Shown piece after piece: positions 28,260 to 42,289 of a DNA stretch of 64,000 nt (positions are counted from its first letter, which is position 1; each line of letters opens with the position of its first letter). Made by a program: the position numbers and the translations under genes. Below the pieces are notes generated by a model. The model made no database searches. It was not told the origin of the DNA and saw only the letters and a program-made list of their open reading frames with translations. Source of the DNA: Octopus sinensis (Eukaryota); contig NW_021834249.1 in NCBI RefSeq assembly GCF_006345805.1, forward strand, positions 1 through 64,000, written 5' to 3'.

Positions 28260-28625
28260 ACCTTCTCACCCCACCACCACCACCATCTCACCCACACCAC
28301 CATCTCACCCCCACCCCCATCTCACCCCCACCACCATCTCATCCCCACCACCGTCTCACCCCCACTGCCACCATCTCATCCCCACCACCATCTCATCCCC
28401 ACCACCGTCTCACCCCCACCGTCTCACCCCACCGCCACCATCTCACCCCCACCACCACCACCATCTCACCCCCACCACCACCACCATCTCACCCCCACCA
28501 CCATCTCACCCCCACCACCATCTCATCCCCACCACCATCTCACCCCCACCACCATCTCACCCCCACCACCGTCTCACCCCAACCGCCACCATCTCACCCC
28601 ACCACCACCATCTCACCACCCCCAC
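28260..28625. repeat. Minisatellite of about 15-bp CCACCATCTCACCCC units
   Basis: Direct reading. Confidence 0.85.
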
Positions 28626-29869
28626 CACCACCAACAACAACCACAATTGAACAAATATTTAGGACTTCATTGGTTTATGTCACAAGTGGCTCTAATGAAT
28701 CTATGAATAATTTACTGGTTATTACTTTTGTTGTTGTTGGCCTTTTAGAATGGCACATGCCCACCACACCTTTTGTTGTCGACATTGTTAATGTTGCTTT
28801 TACTCGTTTTTCTTTGACTTGTTTGTACACCAAACATCCCACCCCACCCTACCATAGCTTATAACACCACAACACAACACTGCACGACACTACATGACCT
28901 TAACGCACCAGGCAATTCCTCACAACACCTCATAACACCACACAGTGCTGCACTTTATATTCTGCACCACATAACACTAATATATATACCACATCGCACT
29001 ACACTGCACTATATCATACTTTACCATTCTGCACTACACTGCACCATACCACAGTACAGTGCAGCATACCACACTGCAGCACATTACACTAAACTATACT
29101 ACACTGCATCACACTGCATCGAAAAATATAACACTACACCACAGCACACAACACCACCCATGCAACACTGCACCACACCAGTCCAATCAGTTGTACCAAA
29201 TCACCAGCATCCAGATAGCTACTACCAATCATCTCAAGCTGTGGTTTGTAACTGGAAAAGGGATTAGATTAATCCAAGGTGCATTGAGGTAGAAGATAAC
29301 TGGGCAGTGGGGGCTGATTTGTAAAGGCATGAGATCAGCCTGCCCCAAGAATGAAAGACTGTTATAGGAGTGGTAGAGGAGGGTGAATGCTTGTGAGAGA
29401 ATCCTAATTAGTCAAATTGACACCAGTATATAACAGATATTTTTATCAACAGTGAAAAGTAAAGGGGAGCTCAAGACAGTTCAAACCGAGGTCATAGTAA
29501 TATTTAGTTATCCCCAGTATATGACTGGTACTTCACTTTATCAGTTCTTGAAAGGATGAAAAGAAAAGTTGACATCAAAAATGAATTGAACTCAGAATGT
29601 AGGAATATTCAATCAACCACAATAACTTGGTAAAGTAGACCAACCCCATTAATTAGATAAAAACAAAGTTAACATCAACAAGAATTGAACTCAAAACGTA
29701 GCTGAAATAAATTTTAGCAAAAGTCACTCACACAATGTAGGTGCAAATTTAGAAAGAGTGTGTAAGGTGATTGCAATAAATTAGAACAAAATGAATATAA
29801 GTTGTTTTACCTTGTATAGGAAGTATATATAATTATAGTGTATATAACCATAGGAAGTGTATATAATAT

Positions 29870-30169
29870 CACTTTTTTTTTTTTCACGTGACCGACCAGA
29901 CCATCAGATGTTGTTACACATCGCTGGTCACAATGCGTTCGCATTGTTTTAGCCTTTGAATGACGTCACCCCGCTGGCTAAGCGAGCAGGCCAACAGAAG
30001 AAAGAGTGGTGAAAGAGTACAGCAGGGATCACCACCCCCTGCCGGAGCCTCGTGGAGCTTTTAGGTGTTTTCGCTCAATAAACACACACAACGCCCGGTC
30101 TGGGAATCAAAATCACGATCCTCCGACTGCGAGACCGCTGCCCTAACCACTGGGCCATTGCGCCTCCAC
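29870..30169 (-). mobile_element. Family D tRNA-derived SINE, full length with poly(A) tail
   Basis: Head GTGGAGGCGCAATGGCCCAGTGGTTAGG; 11-bp TSD GTATATAATAT at 29859-29869 and 30170-30180. Confidence 0.9.
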
Positions 30170-30484
30170 GTATATAATATATAGGAAGTATATATAATAT
30201 TTTGGGTAATATTCTCCTTTTCAAATAGAGTAGAGAAAATACTTTGATAAAAATGAGTTCAGAGAAATATGTTGTTACCAGCATTCCAATCCCAGTGTAG
30301 GAATATTGAATTGATCCCAGTAATTAACGCTCATAATATTTTAAAGATCTGGAAGGAAGAAGTGCAAATTTGATTTCATTGAGACTTGGACAAAAAATGA
30401 GAAAAGCTAAAATTTCTTTCTTGAGACATACAGACCCACTCATTGGACTGGTTTCCTGGATTTTCTGGTGTATATATTCTTCTC

Positions 30485-30772
30485 GTGGAGGTGCAATGGC
30501 CCAGTGGTTAGGGCACCGGACTCGCGGTAGTAGGATTGCGGTTTCAATTCCCAGACCGGGAGTTGTGAGTGTTTATTGAGCGAATACACCTAAAGCTCCA
30601 TGATGCTCCGGCAGGGGGTGGTGGCGATCCCCGCTGTACTCTTTAGCTACAACTTTCTCTCACTCTTTCTTCTGTTGGCCTGCTTGCTTAGCCGGCGGGG
30701 TGGCATCATTTGAAGGCTAAAACAATGCGGAGTGCATTGTGACCAGCGATGTCTAGCAACATCTGATAGCAA
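30485..30772 (+). mobile_element. Family D SINE
   Basis: Consensus match. Confidence 0.88.
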
Positions 30773-30858
30773 CATCAGAACTAAATTTCATCAATGTTCT
30801 AACGATTCAACTAAATTCATCACAAATACCGATAATAATAATAATGATAATAATAATG

Positions 30859-30898
<40 letters not shown>

Positions 30899-30952
30899 CA
30901 ACATCCATTCATGAATTTATTTATTTATTAATTTTTTAAATACATATTTTAC

Positions 30953-31003
30953 CTGTGAATTTGCATCTGTAATCTGGGAATGCATACAATGAGCTTCTCT
31001 GCC
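30953..31003 (-). CDS. Candidate 51-nt exon (alternatively a LINE 3' UTR relic)
   Basis: ttccgtacacctag|GGCAGAG...TTCACAG|gtaaaa; flanked by (TAA)n on both sides. Confidence 0.18.
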
Positions 31004-31305
31004 CTAGGTGTACGGAAAGCACTCGGCGAGAAACGGAAGAAAATTTGAAGAAAGAAGGAAAAATAATAATAATGATAATAATAATAATCCTTTCTACACG
31101 ACTTCAAATTTTGGGGAAGAGGGCTCATAGTCTACATCAATCCCAGCATTTAGCTAGCATTTAATTTATTGACCCTGAAAGGAAGGATAGCAAGGTCCTC
31201 CTCAGCTGAATTTGAACTCAAAATGTGAAAAGCAGGAACAAATGCTGTGAAGCATTTTGTCCAATATGCCAACAATTGCTAACAATTCTACCAGCTCACT
31301 GATTG

Positions 31306-31307
<2 letters not shown>

Positions 31308-31369
<62 letters not shown>

Positions 31370-31466
31370 TAATAATAATAATAATAATTAGAATAATAAT
31401 AATAATAATAATAATAATTAATAATTAGAATAATAATAATAATTAGAATAATAATAATAATAATTA

Positions 31467-31512
<46 letters not shown>

Positions 31513-31631
31513 TAGAATAATAATAATAATTAGAATAATAATAATAATAATTAGAATAATAATAATAATAACAATAATAATAATAATAATTAGAATAATA
31601 ATAATAATTAGAATAATAATAATAATAATTA

Positions 31632-31665
<34 letters not shown>

Positions 31666-31800
31666 TAGAATAATAATAATAATAATAATTAGAATAATAA
31701 TAATAACAATAATAATAATAATAATAATAATAATTTCTGTACCAAAGGTATTTATGAGACTACCTGATTCAGGTTGATCCTTGATAGCAAGGATGTTATA
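31308..31800 (-). repeat. Long (TAA)n tract with periodic TTAGAA variants, probably the expanded (ATT)n tail of a LINE 3' end at 31735-31800
   Basis: Tract read directly; LINE-tail assignment is inference. Confidence 0.6.
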
Positions 31801-32682
31801 ATCATCATCATCAAAATTCAGATAACCAACCCATCCTACCCCAACCACCACCACCACAACCATCACTAACACCACCACCACAACTATCACCTCCACTGGC
31901 ATCACCAATATTATTACCATCACCATTATTACCATCATTTCAATCAGCACCACCACCACCATCACCACTGCCGCCGCCTTCATTATAAAGCAAAACTTTG
32001 GGGACATTGAACGGGTAGGTGGGAGTAGGGGTTAGAAGGAGTCACCCCATATCATGTTGTGGCTGAGAAACAGAAGGAAACTGTGTGGTAGGAGGAGACA
32101 GGAGGGAGGGTGAGAGAGAGAGAGAGAGAGTAGGAGTGAGTGAAAGGAGGAAGGAAGATGAGAAAAGAAGAGCGGGGTCAGAGGTCATTGGTTATTAGCA
32201 ACGTGTGTGTTGTGTGTGTGTGTGTGTGTGTGCGATGGTGGTGGGGAAGGAAGTCAAGAGAGGGGTTTGGGGTTGCTGTGATCATTTCTACACAGATATG
32301 ACACTAATCACTGCCATGAATCAATTCTAGTAACATAATGGGGTAGATAGGGCTTCCCCTCACTCACCCTCATCCCTACCACCACATCCACCATTTGCGT
32401 GTTCACATTGTTGTTGTTGTTGTTGTAGTTTTGTGATAGCGGAGATGCAGCAGTCATTGCTGTACTGTGCATGTGGTTGCTCTCTATGTGTGCGTGAGTG
32501 TGTATATACATGCATACATATATGCACACACACACATATCATCAGTGAACTAAACCCCTAATATTCTTTATATATATATATATATACACACACATACATA
32601 TATATATACTTACATACACACACACACATATTATTCTTTATATATATATATATACACACACACACATGCACACACAAACATA

Positions 32683-32735
<53 letters not shown>

Positions 32736-32829
32736 GTATGTATACATCTAGCTAATAGCGAGGGATTATCAATCCAGGCAAAATACTCCATAAGCTCTCT
32801 GTTAGCACACCAGGCTAACAATATTGTTT

Positions 32830-33785
32830 AGATTAGTGAAGAACTCCGAGTATTCTTATGGCAGGGTCCAAGGTTATGGTTCATCACAATACTATTTTGT
32901 AAATCCGTGGTTGGGTTCCAGTGAAACTGGTTTTTTACACAGAGTGATATACAAGGTCATCAGCACAGAGGAGCTCCCAGAAGCAGCCCACCTTAAATTC
33001 CTGTTATTGCTTGGGGGAATATGATGCACAAGAGGGGACCGAGAACTGATCCTTGGTGAATCCCTACTTGTAACCTAAATTCATTACTATACTCATTGCC
33101 AACCCTGACAGCATCCCTGTATATGGCTTGTACAGCTCTCACCAACCTCTCATCTATCCCTTGCTATCACCACCCTTCCAGTCCTTTCAAGCCTATTTCT
33201 TTGCTCTGATGGCCCTGTCAACTATAATGTTCCACCACTACGTCACTCTATGTCTGGTTGGGACCTGGCACCACCCACAAATTTGGTCAGTGGCCCTCAG
33301 TAAGTCATCTCATAGGAACTACCAGTTATCCTCTATATTGCAAGTCTCCTTCTACTCATCAAATGCTTTGGTTAGGAGGTCCCTAAACCTCTGACTATTC
33401 AAAGGATCCTTAAGCTTCCAGATTTTTCTTTTCCAAACTGACTTGCGTCTTGGAATCATTCGTGCCTGCAGTCTGAAGTCACTAATGTGTAACTTATGCT
33501 GAGGGGTACACTCTTCACCAGGGAAGGACTTTGTATTCAAGAGCAACCATGACCCCAACTTTCTGGTGAGAACATAGTCGACCTGACTAGCTTGGTCATT
33601 GGATTTTATCAGGTAACTGGCCAGTTTACTGAAGTTGGTGTTGCATATCATTAGGTCATTCGCATAACAGAACTCCAGCAGCCTTGTTCCCTCCTTGTTT
33701 CAAGAGCCAATTCCATGGCCACCATGCACCCCCTGGTAGACACCTGGGTGCTGTCCAACATGCCCATTAAAATTATTAGCTATGA
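32830..33785 (-). mobile_element. RTE-clade LINE, decayed and internally deleted (APE end, tether, RT piece)
   Basis: NFNGHVG...RLLEFCYANDLMICNTNF, SQVDYVL, FPGEECTPQHKL, HQGSVLGPLL, ELLCADDLV. Confidence 0.88.
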
Positions 33786-33896
33786 AGATCAGGTCCCTGT
33801 CACTTGTCTTTGATGTAGCCTGCAAAAGAGTGTCATAAAATTAGTCCTTTTGTTCATCTGATAGGCCCAGTTGGTTCTGGTTGTTGGTTCTCTTCT

Positions 33897-33949
<53 letters not shown>

Positions 33950-34101
33950 TATACACGGATATATATACCTTCATGCATATGTGTGTGTAATTGACTGGTG
34001 CCTCTCAAAAATTTCTTGCATGTGCTTATAGTAGAAAGAATTATTATTCTCATCATCATCATCATCATCATTAATATTGTTGTTTCATCCATCCTTATGT
34101 T

Positions 34102-34152
<51 letters not shown>

Positions 34153-34201
34153 GTAATGGTGATGGTGATGGTGGTGGTGGTGTTGGTGGTGGTGGTGGTG
34201 G

Positions 34202-34268
<67 letters not shown>

Positions 34269-34776
34269 AATGATGATGATGGTGATGGCGATAGTGGTGG
34301 TGATGGTGATGGTGGTGTTGGTGGTGATGGTGATGATGATGATGATGATGATGTAAAGTAAATGTTTTCTTTTTTAGTATTCTGAATTTGATAAATGAGG
34401 GAAAGATTAAGCACCAGCTAGAATCGTGGAACCACAAATACCAAAATGTACCACCACCACCACCACTGCTACCAGCAACAACAACAACATCACCGTTGCC
34501 ACCTTCACCATCAACACTACCAACACCACAACTACCAGCAAATGCAAATGACAACCACATCACCAGTACCATTACAACCACCACTACCACTACCACTGCT
34601 ACCATCACTACTTTCATTACATCTCCAATCAATAAACTGCTACCACCACTGCTACAGTCACCACCACCACCACTACCACAACCACAACCATTAGTCACTG
34701 AAGCACCACCAACACTGAAGCAAAATTCACTGATTTTATCATCATCATCATCATTGTCACCGCCATCACCATTGTC

Positions 34777-34808
<32 letters not shown>

Positions 34809-35145
34809 CAACAACAAAGTCATAACTCACATCATCATAACCACCATCATAACTGTTGTCATCATAGCCATCGTCATCATAGCCATCATCATCATCATCA
34901 TTGTCATCATCATTATCATCATCAACAAATTGGTAAAATCATCTGAAATGCATCTATTGATATAATACCATAGTCTTTGATTAGTGTGTTCTAGGATCTA
35001 ACAATCCTCATATGTAATTTTTGTCTAATATTTCCCTGATGAGATTCTTACACATAAGCATGAATTTTTATAATTTCAAAACAATTTGTAGGATTATAAT
35101 ATTTGTATTCATATAATGATAATAATAATAATAATAATAATAATG

Positions 35146-35190
<45 letters not shown>

Positions 35191-35304
35191 TATGTTAAAC
35201 TAAAATATGTCAATCGTAAATCTCCATTTTCTTTTCATTTTTGTATATTGATTAAAATATATATATATATATATATTATAATATATATATATATATATTA
35301 TATA

Positions 35305-35387
<83 letters not shown>

Positions 35388-35390
<3 letters not shown>

Positions 35391-35714
35391 CTAGTTTCAG
35401 CTTGAGAGTTGTGGCCATGCTGGGACACCACTGTTATCTTTGTTATATTTTCACTTCTTGAAACCTCTGATATGTGGCATTTGGTGAATGAGGGAGTTTG
35501 ATGTTGCTGCTCTCATCTGCATTTCTTTCAGTACAGGAGGAGATCCACCTTTATTTTGAAGACACCTACATACACCCAATGTAGGTCTTTCAGGCGTTTT
35601 GGGAGGATACTGAAATGGCATGGGCCCTTGAAATCCAAGCTGTTGCACGATCTGGTCCTGTATCTTAATGGCAATGTAGGGGTTTTTGGCACTCTGCAGT
35701 GTCAGCCCATTCTG
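35388..35714 (-). mobile_element. CR1/L2-group LINE 3' end
   Basis: LRYRTRSCNSLDFKGPCHFSILPKRLKDLHWVYVGVFKIKVDL and QMRAATSNSLIHQ; tail GGTGTCCCAGCATGGCCACAACTC...CTGAAACTAGTAA. Confidence 0.75.
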
Positions 35715-35715
35715 C

Positions 35716-35935
35716 TGTATCAAGAAAGCCATCAGCCCACACCAGAGCAAGATATCGCCACTCAAATCCAGACCCACGGATGTCATCAACAGCAAAAGAG
35801 AGCAGCTGGAGAGATGGGTGGAACATTATTCCAAACTCTATGCCATGGAAAACAGCATCTCAGACATGCTAGACATCAGGGACACCTAACCATCATAGAG
35901 GACCCAGACACACTGCCAACTGCTGAAGAACTGGT
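35716..35935 (+). mobile_element. RTE-clade LINE internal (tether) fragment
   Basis: IKKAISPHQSKISPLKS...KREQLERWVEHYSKLYAMEN. Confidence 0.8.
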
Positions 35936-36231
35936 AATAAAGAAATAAAAGAGGAGGAAGAGAAGAAAAAGAAGACGAAAACAGATACAGGAGGAAGAGG
36001 AGGAAGGAAAAGGAAGAAGAAATTTCTACTTCCTTTTTCCTCCTCCTCCTCCTGTATATATAGGAGTTTACCAAGCATTCGTTGGCCTAGAGCTTTTGTA
36101 GAAGAAACCTGCTGAAGGAACCCAAAGTGACCGGGGTGCAAAAGCAAACTTCTTTAGCACATGGCCATGCCGGGGCTGATTTAGAAATATACATTCATAT
36201 ATTGTGTGATATTCATAGTTATTACATGATT

Positions 36232-36269
<38 letters not shown>

Positions 36270-36792
36270 TGTCAAACCAAGATAAAAGCAAACACACTTT
36301 TACATACACACATATATGTATCAGTATATGTATAATTAGTAGGGTATTAGCTGACCATCTATCAAACTATCTATGGACACAAACACACACAAAAACACAC
36401 AGATGTGTGTGTATTTAGCCTTCAGTTCGTTTTAGAAAACTACTACTTCACATTTTGGGACACAGCCTATTAACAAAATTTAGGAATGGTCATGGGAACA
36501 TAAGTTGCCCAACATGTCTGACTTAGTCATTGGGTACCAAGAACAGAAAATCTAAGAAAAATTCTTACAAATTTTGTGTGGTAAAACATAATCTTCCAAT
36601 TACAGTAAAACCTCTTTTGCTTGTAACATGGACTAAAATTTATTCAGCAATTTTTTTTTTGTTTTATAAAAACTACTTTTATTTTTTCACTTTTTGTGTT
36701 GTGTGCAAAATTCACCTTGTATAGGCACACACTAATATTTTCAGTTTATGAAAACATTTCTATGATGCAAAAATATTTTTGCATGTTTATTT

Positions 36793-36844
<52 letters not shown>

Positions 36845-36867
36845 ATATATATGTATATATATATATA

Positions 36868-36960
<93 letters not shown>

Positions 36961-37666
36961 CATATATATGGAAAAATTATTTACTGCATACCATAAAAAA
37001 ATAAAATTCCTTTTATTAAAAAAACAGTATATATGTGTGTGTGTGTGTGTGTGTATTTGTGTTATAAAAATCTAATGTACTTTCAAGATTTTCATATTAT
37101 TTTTCTTATGTATACATACATTAATGCATGCATACATACATGTATATATGTTTATATATATATATATATATGTTGATATATGTGGTTTTATATATATATA
37201 TGTTTATATACATATCTATGTGTATGTTGACAGACAGATAGATAGAAACACATACATACAAGCACACATATATATACACTCAAATATTGATACACTCACA
37301 CATGCACATACATACTAATATATGCAAACACACATATAAGTATGGATATGTGTATGGATGTGTACATATATTAGCAAGGTATTAGTAGAATGCTTAACAA
37401 AGCTCCACCTCATACGGCCATTATTTTTGCCGCTACACTCATGTCACTGGTTCAAAATTTTGGTATTGTTTTCATTACAAGACATTGTAAGAGATTCTGA
37501 TGAAGGTTAAACATTCAAACATCAAAGAATGTTATTGCCCTGACATTTCTCAGCTTTTCAAAAGTTACAACACATATCTTGTACATGTGTGTGTGTGTGT
37601 GTGTGTATGCATGTATTGTTGTGGCGTAAATGTACATATGTATGTATATATTATATATGCAAATAT

Positions 37667-37714
<48 letters not shown>

Positions 37715-37861
37715 TATTCACAAATGTATATATAATATCTAATAATATACCATTGTATTTACACGTGCATACATGTTTATGCATTTATATGCTTATGTAT
37801 GTGTGTGTGTGTATATTCCGATACTTATGTAAACATATACATATATCTATCTATCTATCTA

Positions 37862-37902
<41 letters not shown>

Positions 37903-37959
37903 ATATATATATATCTATATATATATATATTATATATATATATATATATATACACACAT

Positions 37960-37993
<34 letters not shown>

Positions 37994-37998
<5 letters not shown>

Positions 37999-38125
37999 GT
38001 GACAATTATTTGGTAGCCATGACAAAACTCCAAGTTTCGGATGTCAGGGCAGAAACCCATGCCAGCATCTCTTCAGTTATCGGGCCATCAAAAAAAATGC
38101 TATGAAAATGACCATTATTAAGACA
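37994..38125 (-). mobile_element. Penelope-like relic with hammerhead motif (38021-38081)
   Basis: Homolog of the 49095-49329 arms; minus strand GAUAA / CUGAAGA / GAUG...CAUC C / GAAAC-uugga-GUU / UUGUC. Confidence 0.65.
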
Positions 38126-38276
38126 AAAGAGCTATTAGAATCACTGCTAAGTAAGAGGTGGGAGTAAAGGTAAAGGAGTAAAAATGTTTAGCGTAATCGC
38201 GTCAGCGCGCATATCCATACATACATATGCATGCCTGCACACCCTCGTACATGTACCTATATGTATATACTCATAA

Positions 38277-38507
38277 GGCGGCAAGCTGGCAGAAACGTTT
38301 GCACGCCGGGTGAAATGCCTAACCGTATTTCGTCTGCCGTTACGTTCTGGGTTCAAATTCCGCCGAGGTCGACTTTGCCCTTCATCCTTTCGGGGTCGAT
38401 AAATTAAGTACCAGTTACACACTGGGGTCGATGTAATCGACTTAATCCCTTTGTCTGTCCTTGTTTGTCCCCTCTGTGTTTAGCCTCTTGTGGGTAGTAA
38501 AGAAATA
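38277..38507 (+). mobile_element. SINE family A copy
   Basis: 17-bp TSD TATATGTATATACTCAT at 38258-38274 and 38508-38524. Confidence 0.92.
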
Positions 38508-38837
38508 TATATGTATATACTCATCCACCCTCACTTGAAACACACATTTGCCAAAAAATATATACATACCCACACACACACATGCACACAAAAGAGGTTC
38601 ATACACACGTCTATATATGCACATGCATATGATAAAACAGAGCTAAAGGCAAAATACAGAAAAATGTGTAAAAAATAAGCAATAAGAATAAAAAGTAAAG
38701 GTGTAAATATGCTCATGGTGAATGTGTATGCACGCATGTTCATGCATACACATGCACGCATGCACACCCACATACATGTGTCTATGCGCATATGCTCACC
38801 CACACTCGTTTGAGACACGCCCTGCATTCTTGCTCAC

Positions 38838-38992
38838 CACTCGTCCCAAACAGTTCGACAAAATGCTGTTGAAAGGGTCTTAATCCAACCATGCCCCCAT
38901 ACAATCAATATAGATGGACCGACTAAAGATTCTTCTTCCAGCATTAGGTTGACAAGCGTTTGACACCCCACTCCAAATTCCTGGCCTTGTAC
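38838..38992 (-). CDS. Candidate 155-nt exon
   Basis: aattattaag|GTACAAGG...GACGAGTG|gtgagc; one frame open. Confidence 0.3.
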
Positions 38993-39024
38993 CTTAATAA
39001 TTTATAATTTCTACATCATCATCA

Positions 39025-39375
39025 TCATCATCATCGTTGTCATCGTTTAACATCCACTTTCCATGCTGGCATGGGTTGCAGAGTTTGATTGAGGACTGGC
39101 AAGCCTGGAGGCGGCACCAGGCTTCAGTTTTATCTGGCAGGGTTTCTACAGCTGGATGCCCTTCCTAACACCAACCACTCTGAGAGTGTAGTAGATGCCT
39201 TTTTACGTGCCACCGGCACAGGGGCCAGTCAGGCAGTACTGGCAATGACCTCACTCAAATCTTATAGTAGGTGCCTTTTTACATGCCACCGGCACGGCGG
39301 GGCCAGTCAGGTGGCACTGGCATCAGCCACAACTACAATTTCACTTGACTCAACAGGTCTTCTCAAGCACAGCAT
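39025..39375 (-). mobile_element. Family B element
   Basis: Consensus match. Confidence 0.82.
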
Positions 39376-39441
39376 ATTGCTGTGCCTGTTATACAACCCA
39401 GCCCATCACCTTTCTAATTTTAACACTCCTGTATACTTTGT

Positions 39442-39766
39442 GTGGAGGCGCAATGGCCCAGTGGTTAGGGCAGCGGACTCGCAGTCATAGGATCGTGGTT
39501 TTGATTCCCAGACCGGGCGTTGCGAGTGTTTATTGAGCAAAAACACCTAAAAGCTCCACGAGGCTCTGGCAGGGGATGGTGGTGATCCCTGCTGTACTCT
39601 TTCACCACAACTTTCTCCCACTCTTTCTTCTTCTCTTGGCCTGCTCGCTTAGCCAATGGGGTGGCGTCATTCGAAGGCTAAAACAATGCGAACGCATTGT
39701 GACCAGCGATGTGTAACAACATCTGATGGTCTGGTCGGTCACGTGGTGGTGGTGGTGGTGGTGGTG
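39442..39766 (+). mobile_element. Family D SINE with (GTG)n tail
   Basis: 11-bp TSD GTATACTTTGT at 39431-39441 and 39767-39777. Confidence 0.9.
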
Positions 39767-40231
39767 GTATACTTTGTAAAGTGGTTGGCGTCAGGAAGGG
39801 CACCTAGCCAGAGAAACTATGCAAAAGCAGACATTGGAACATGATGCAGTTCTTTGACTTAGCACATCCTCTCAGACACTCCAACTTTGTAAAAGATATT
39901 TAAAAAAAATTTTTTTTTAATATTTTTCTTTGTCTTTTTTTCATTTTTCTTTTTTTCAGTTTGTCAGTTCTCCATGGGTTTTCTCTTCATTCTGCCATTT
40001 CTTGCCCTTAGCCTTTGGTTTCCCCCCATCGTTAAAGGGCTAAACCCAACCCCTCCGGGTATCACCTTCTCCATCTACCTGTTCATTTTTTTCCTCCTAG
40101 CTCAGCTTTACTTCTCTTAGCATAGCCTCCCCCCCACCCCACCCCGCCCATCTCACTATCCTACTACAGCATCACCCTGTTATCTCTCTGTACTAGACTG
40201 CAACTTTGATCAACATGTAAGCCAGATATTA

Positions 40232-40339
40232 GATGATGATGATGATGATGATGATGACAATGATGATGACGATGATGACGATGATGATGATGATGATGAT
40301 GATGATGACGACGATGATGATGATGATGATGATGACAAC

Positions 40340-40371
<32 letters not shown>

Positions 40372-40690
40372 CGATGACGATGATGATGATGATGATGATG
40401 ATGACGATGACATTGATGACGATGATGATGACGATGATGATGATGATGATGATGATGATGACGATGATGACGACGATGATGACGATGATGATGATGACGA
40501 TGATGATGATGACGATGATGATGACGATGATGACGATGATGACGATGACGATGATGACGATGATGATGATGACGATGATGACGACAATGATGATGATGAT
40601 GATGATGATGATGACGACGATGATGACGACGATGATGATGATGAGTATTGGGATAATGATGACAAAGATGGTGATGATGATAGTGATGAC
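40232..40690. repeat. (GAT/GAC)n compound microsatellite
   Basis: Direct reading. Confidence 0.95.
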
Positions 40691-41055
40691 TATCAGCTTC
40701 TTTAATTTATTTTGTATTTTATTTCAAATTGTCTCTACTCCTTCTTAGGTTTTAAGTTTTCATTCTTTTTGAACATGTAGCAAAATTCTCTGTATGTATT
40801 TTACTATATACACTCTTTTCTTTTTATACTGTTACATAATAGTAATAGTCTTATATATATTGTATACATACATGTATATAATATATATTCTTATATATAT
40901 ATATATATATCTATCATATATATATATAAGTATATATAGCTATATGTATACATATGTACGTAAATATGTAAGTGTCCTTCTATCTATCAATCTCTCTCTC
41001 TTCTATATATTATAAATATATATTATATCCATATTATAATATATAATAATTTATT

Positions 41056-41090
<35 letters not shown>

Positions 41091-42099
41091 CTGCAGATGA
41101 CATGCATATATATAATAGTATTTTATATATATCTTATTTTCTCATCTCAGATATTTTTCTTTCACTGCACTTAACATGTTTAAAAACTTCTTCATTCTTA
41201 CATTTTACAACAAAAAATCTTTGTATATGTTACACCAAACTTTATTATATTAATTTCTCTTATGTCCTAAGATAATATTTTGTACTATACTTTATGTTTT
41301 TATGCAAATTTTTTTTTTTTCAAAATTTTCATTTGGTTCTTAAATTTTTTTTAACATAATTCTTTTTTTAAAAAAAAATTTTTGATGTATCAACATATTT
41401 TTGTATCGATTGTATTTCTCATGTGAAAGAAGTCCTGCGTGTATTGCCGGGTATGCAATGCACTTTATATCTTATTATCTTGAGCTATTCTATAAATTTT
41501 CATTATTATTATTATTATTATTATTGCTTAAGACAGTAATTTCACTGGAAATATTATCATCATTATTGTTGTTATTATATCACATTGAAATTTTATTCTT
41601 TAAATTTCCTGTGCTTTTATTATTTTTAAATTTAATTTCTACTCTTATATATTTCATTTTTCAAAAAAATTCTTCCTATAATGTTTTTCATATTTTAAAA
41701 AAAGTTTGTTTTATTCTTGTAACATATCGATAAGGTCCCTTCATTGTTTTTAGTTGCTATGGAAATTTGAGGAATTTTGACAGGAAAAATTAAGTGAATT
41801 GTCTTGACATACAGCAATGGAATCTTGATAGATTTCTTATATTTTTTTTATTAAATTTTTCAGTTTCCTCATATCTGTCTTTATTATTTATGGCATAAAA
41901 GAATTATCCAAGAGAAGATACTAAGTTTTGCAATACCACTTCCAAAGTATTTCATTTAAAAAATTTATTTTGCAAACATTTTTATGTGAAACCAAGTTCC
42001 GAAAATGTTAGTGTTTATTTGGGAAGGGTCATATTGTCATTCAACACACACACAGTCTGTAGTTCACTTCAGCTTTAGCTTTATTTTTAACTCATTTAC

Positions 42100-42151
42100 C
42101 ATAAATTTTTTCCTCACTCTGCAGTAGTCTATTGTGAACATTGGAGTCTTG
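42100..42151 (-). CDS. Candidate 52-nt exon
   Basis: ttatattttag|CAAGAC...TTTATG|gtaaat; 103-nt intron to the 35-nt exon. Confidence 0.35.
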
Positions 42152-42254
42152 CTAAAATATAATTTTTACACAGAACTGAAATTTAGTGAAAAAGTGATAA
42201 ATCAAAAAGCATGTACGTGGTCATTTAAATACCTAGAAACAGCAGTCAAATTAC

Positions 42255-42289
42255 CCACATATTACATCCTGCTGTTTCAGCAACAACAA
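42255..42289 (-). CDS. Candidate 35-nt exon
   Basis: gctgttttctttcttcag|TTGTTG...ATGTGG|gtaatt. Confidence 0.35.

Noticed and set aside
37497-37530. CTGATGA motif (possible hammerhead)
   Set aside because: Downstream box is CAAAC rather than GAAAC and stems I/II do not pair convincingly
40233-40748. Poly-Met/poly-Asp ORF followed by 3' UTR-like AT-rich sequence
   Set aside because: Pure (GAT/GAC)n expansion, no supporting start or acceptor
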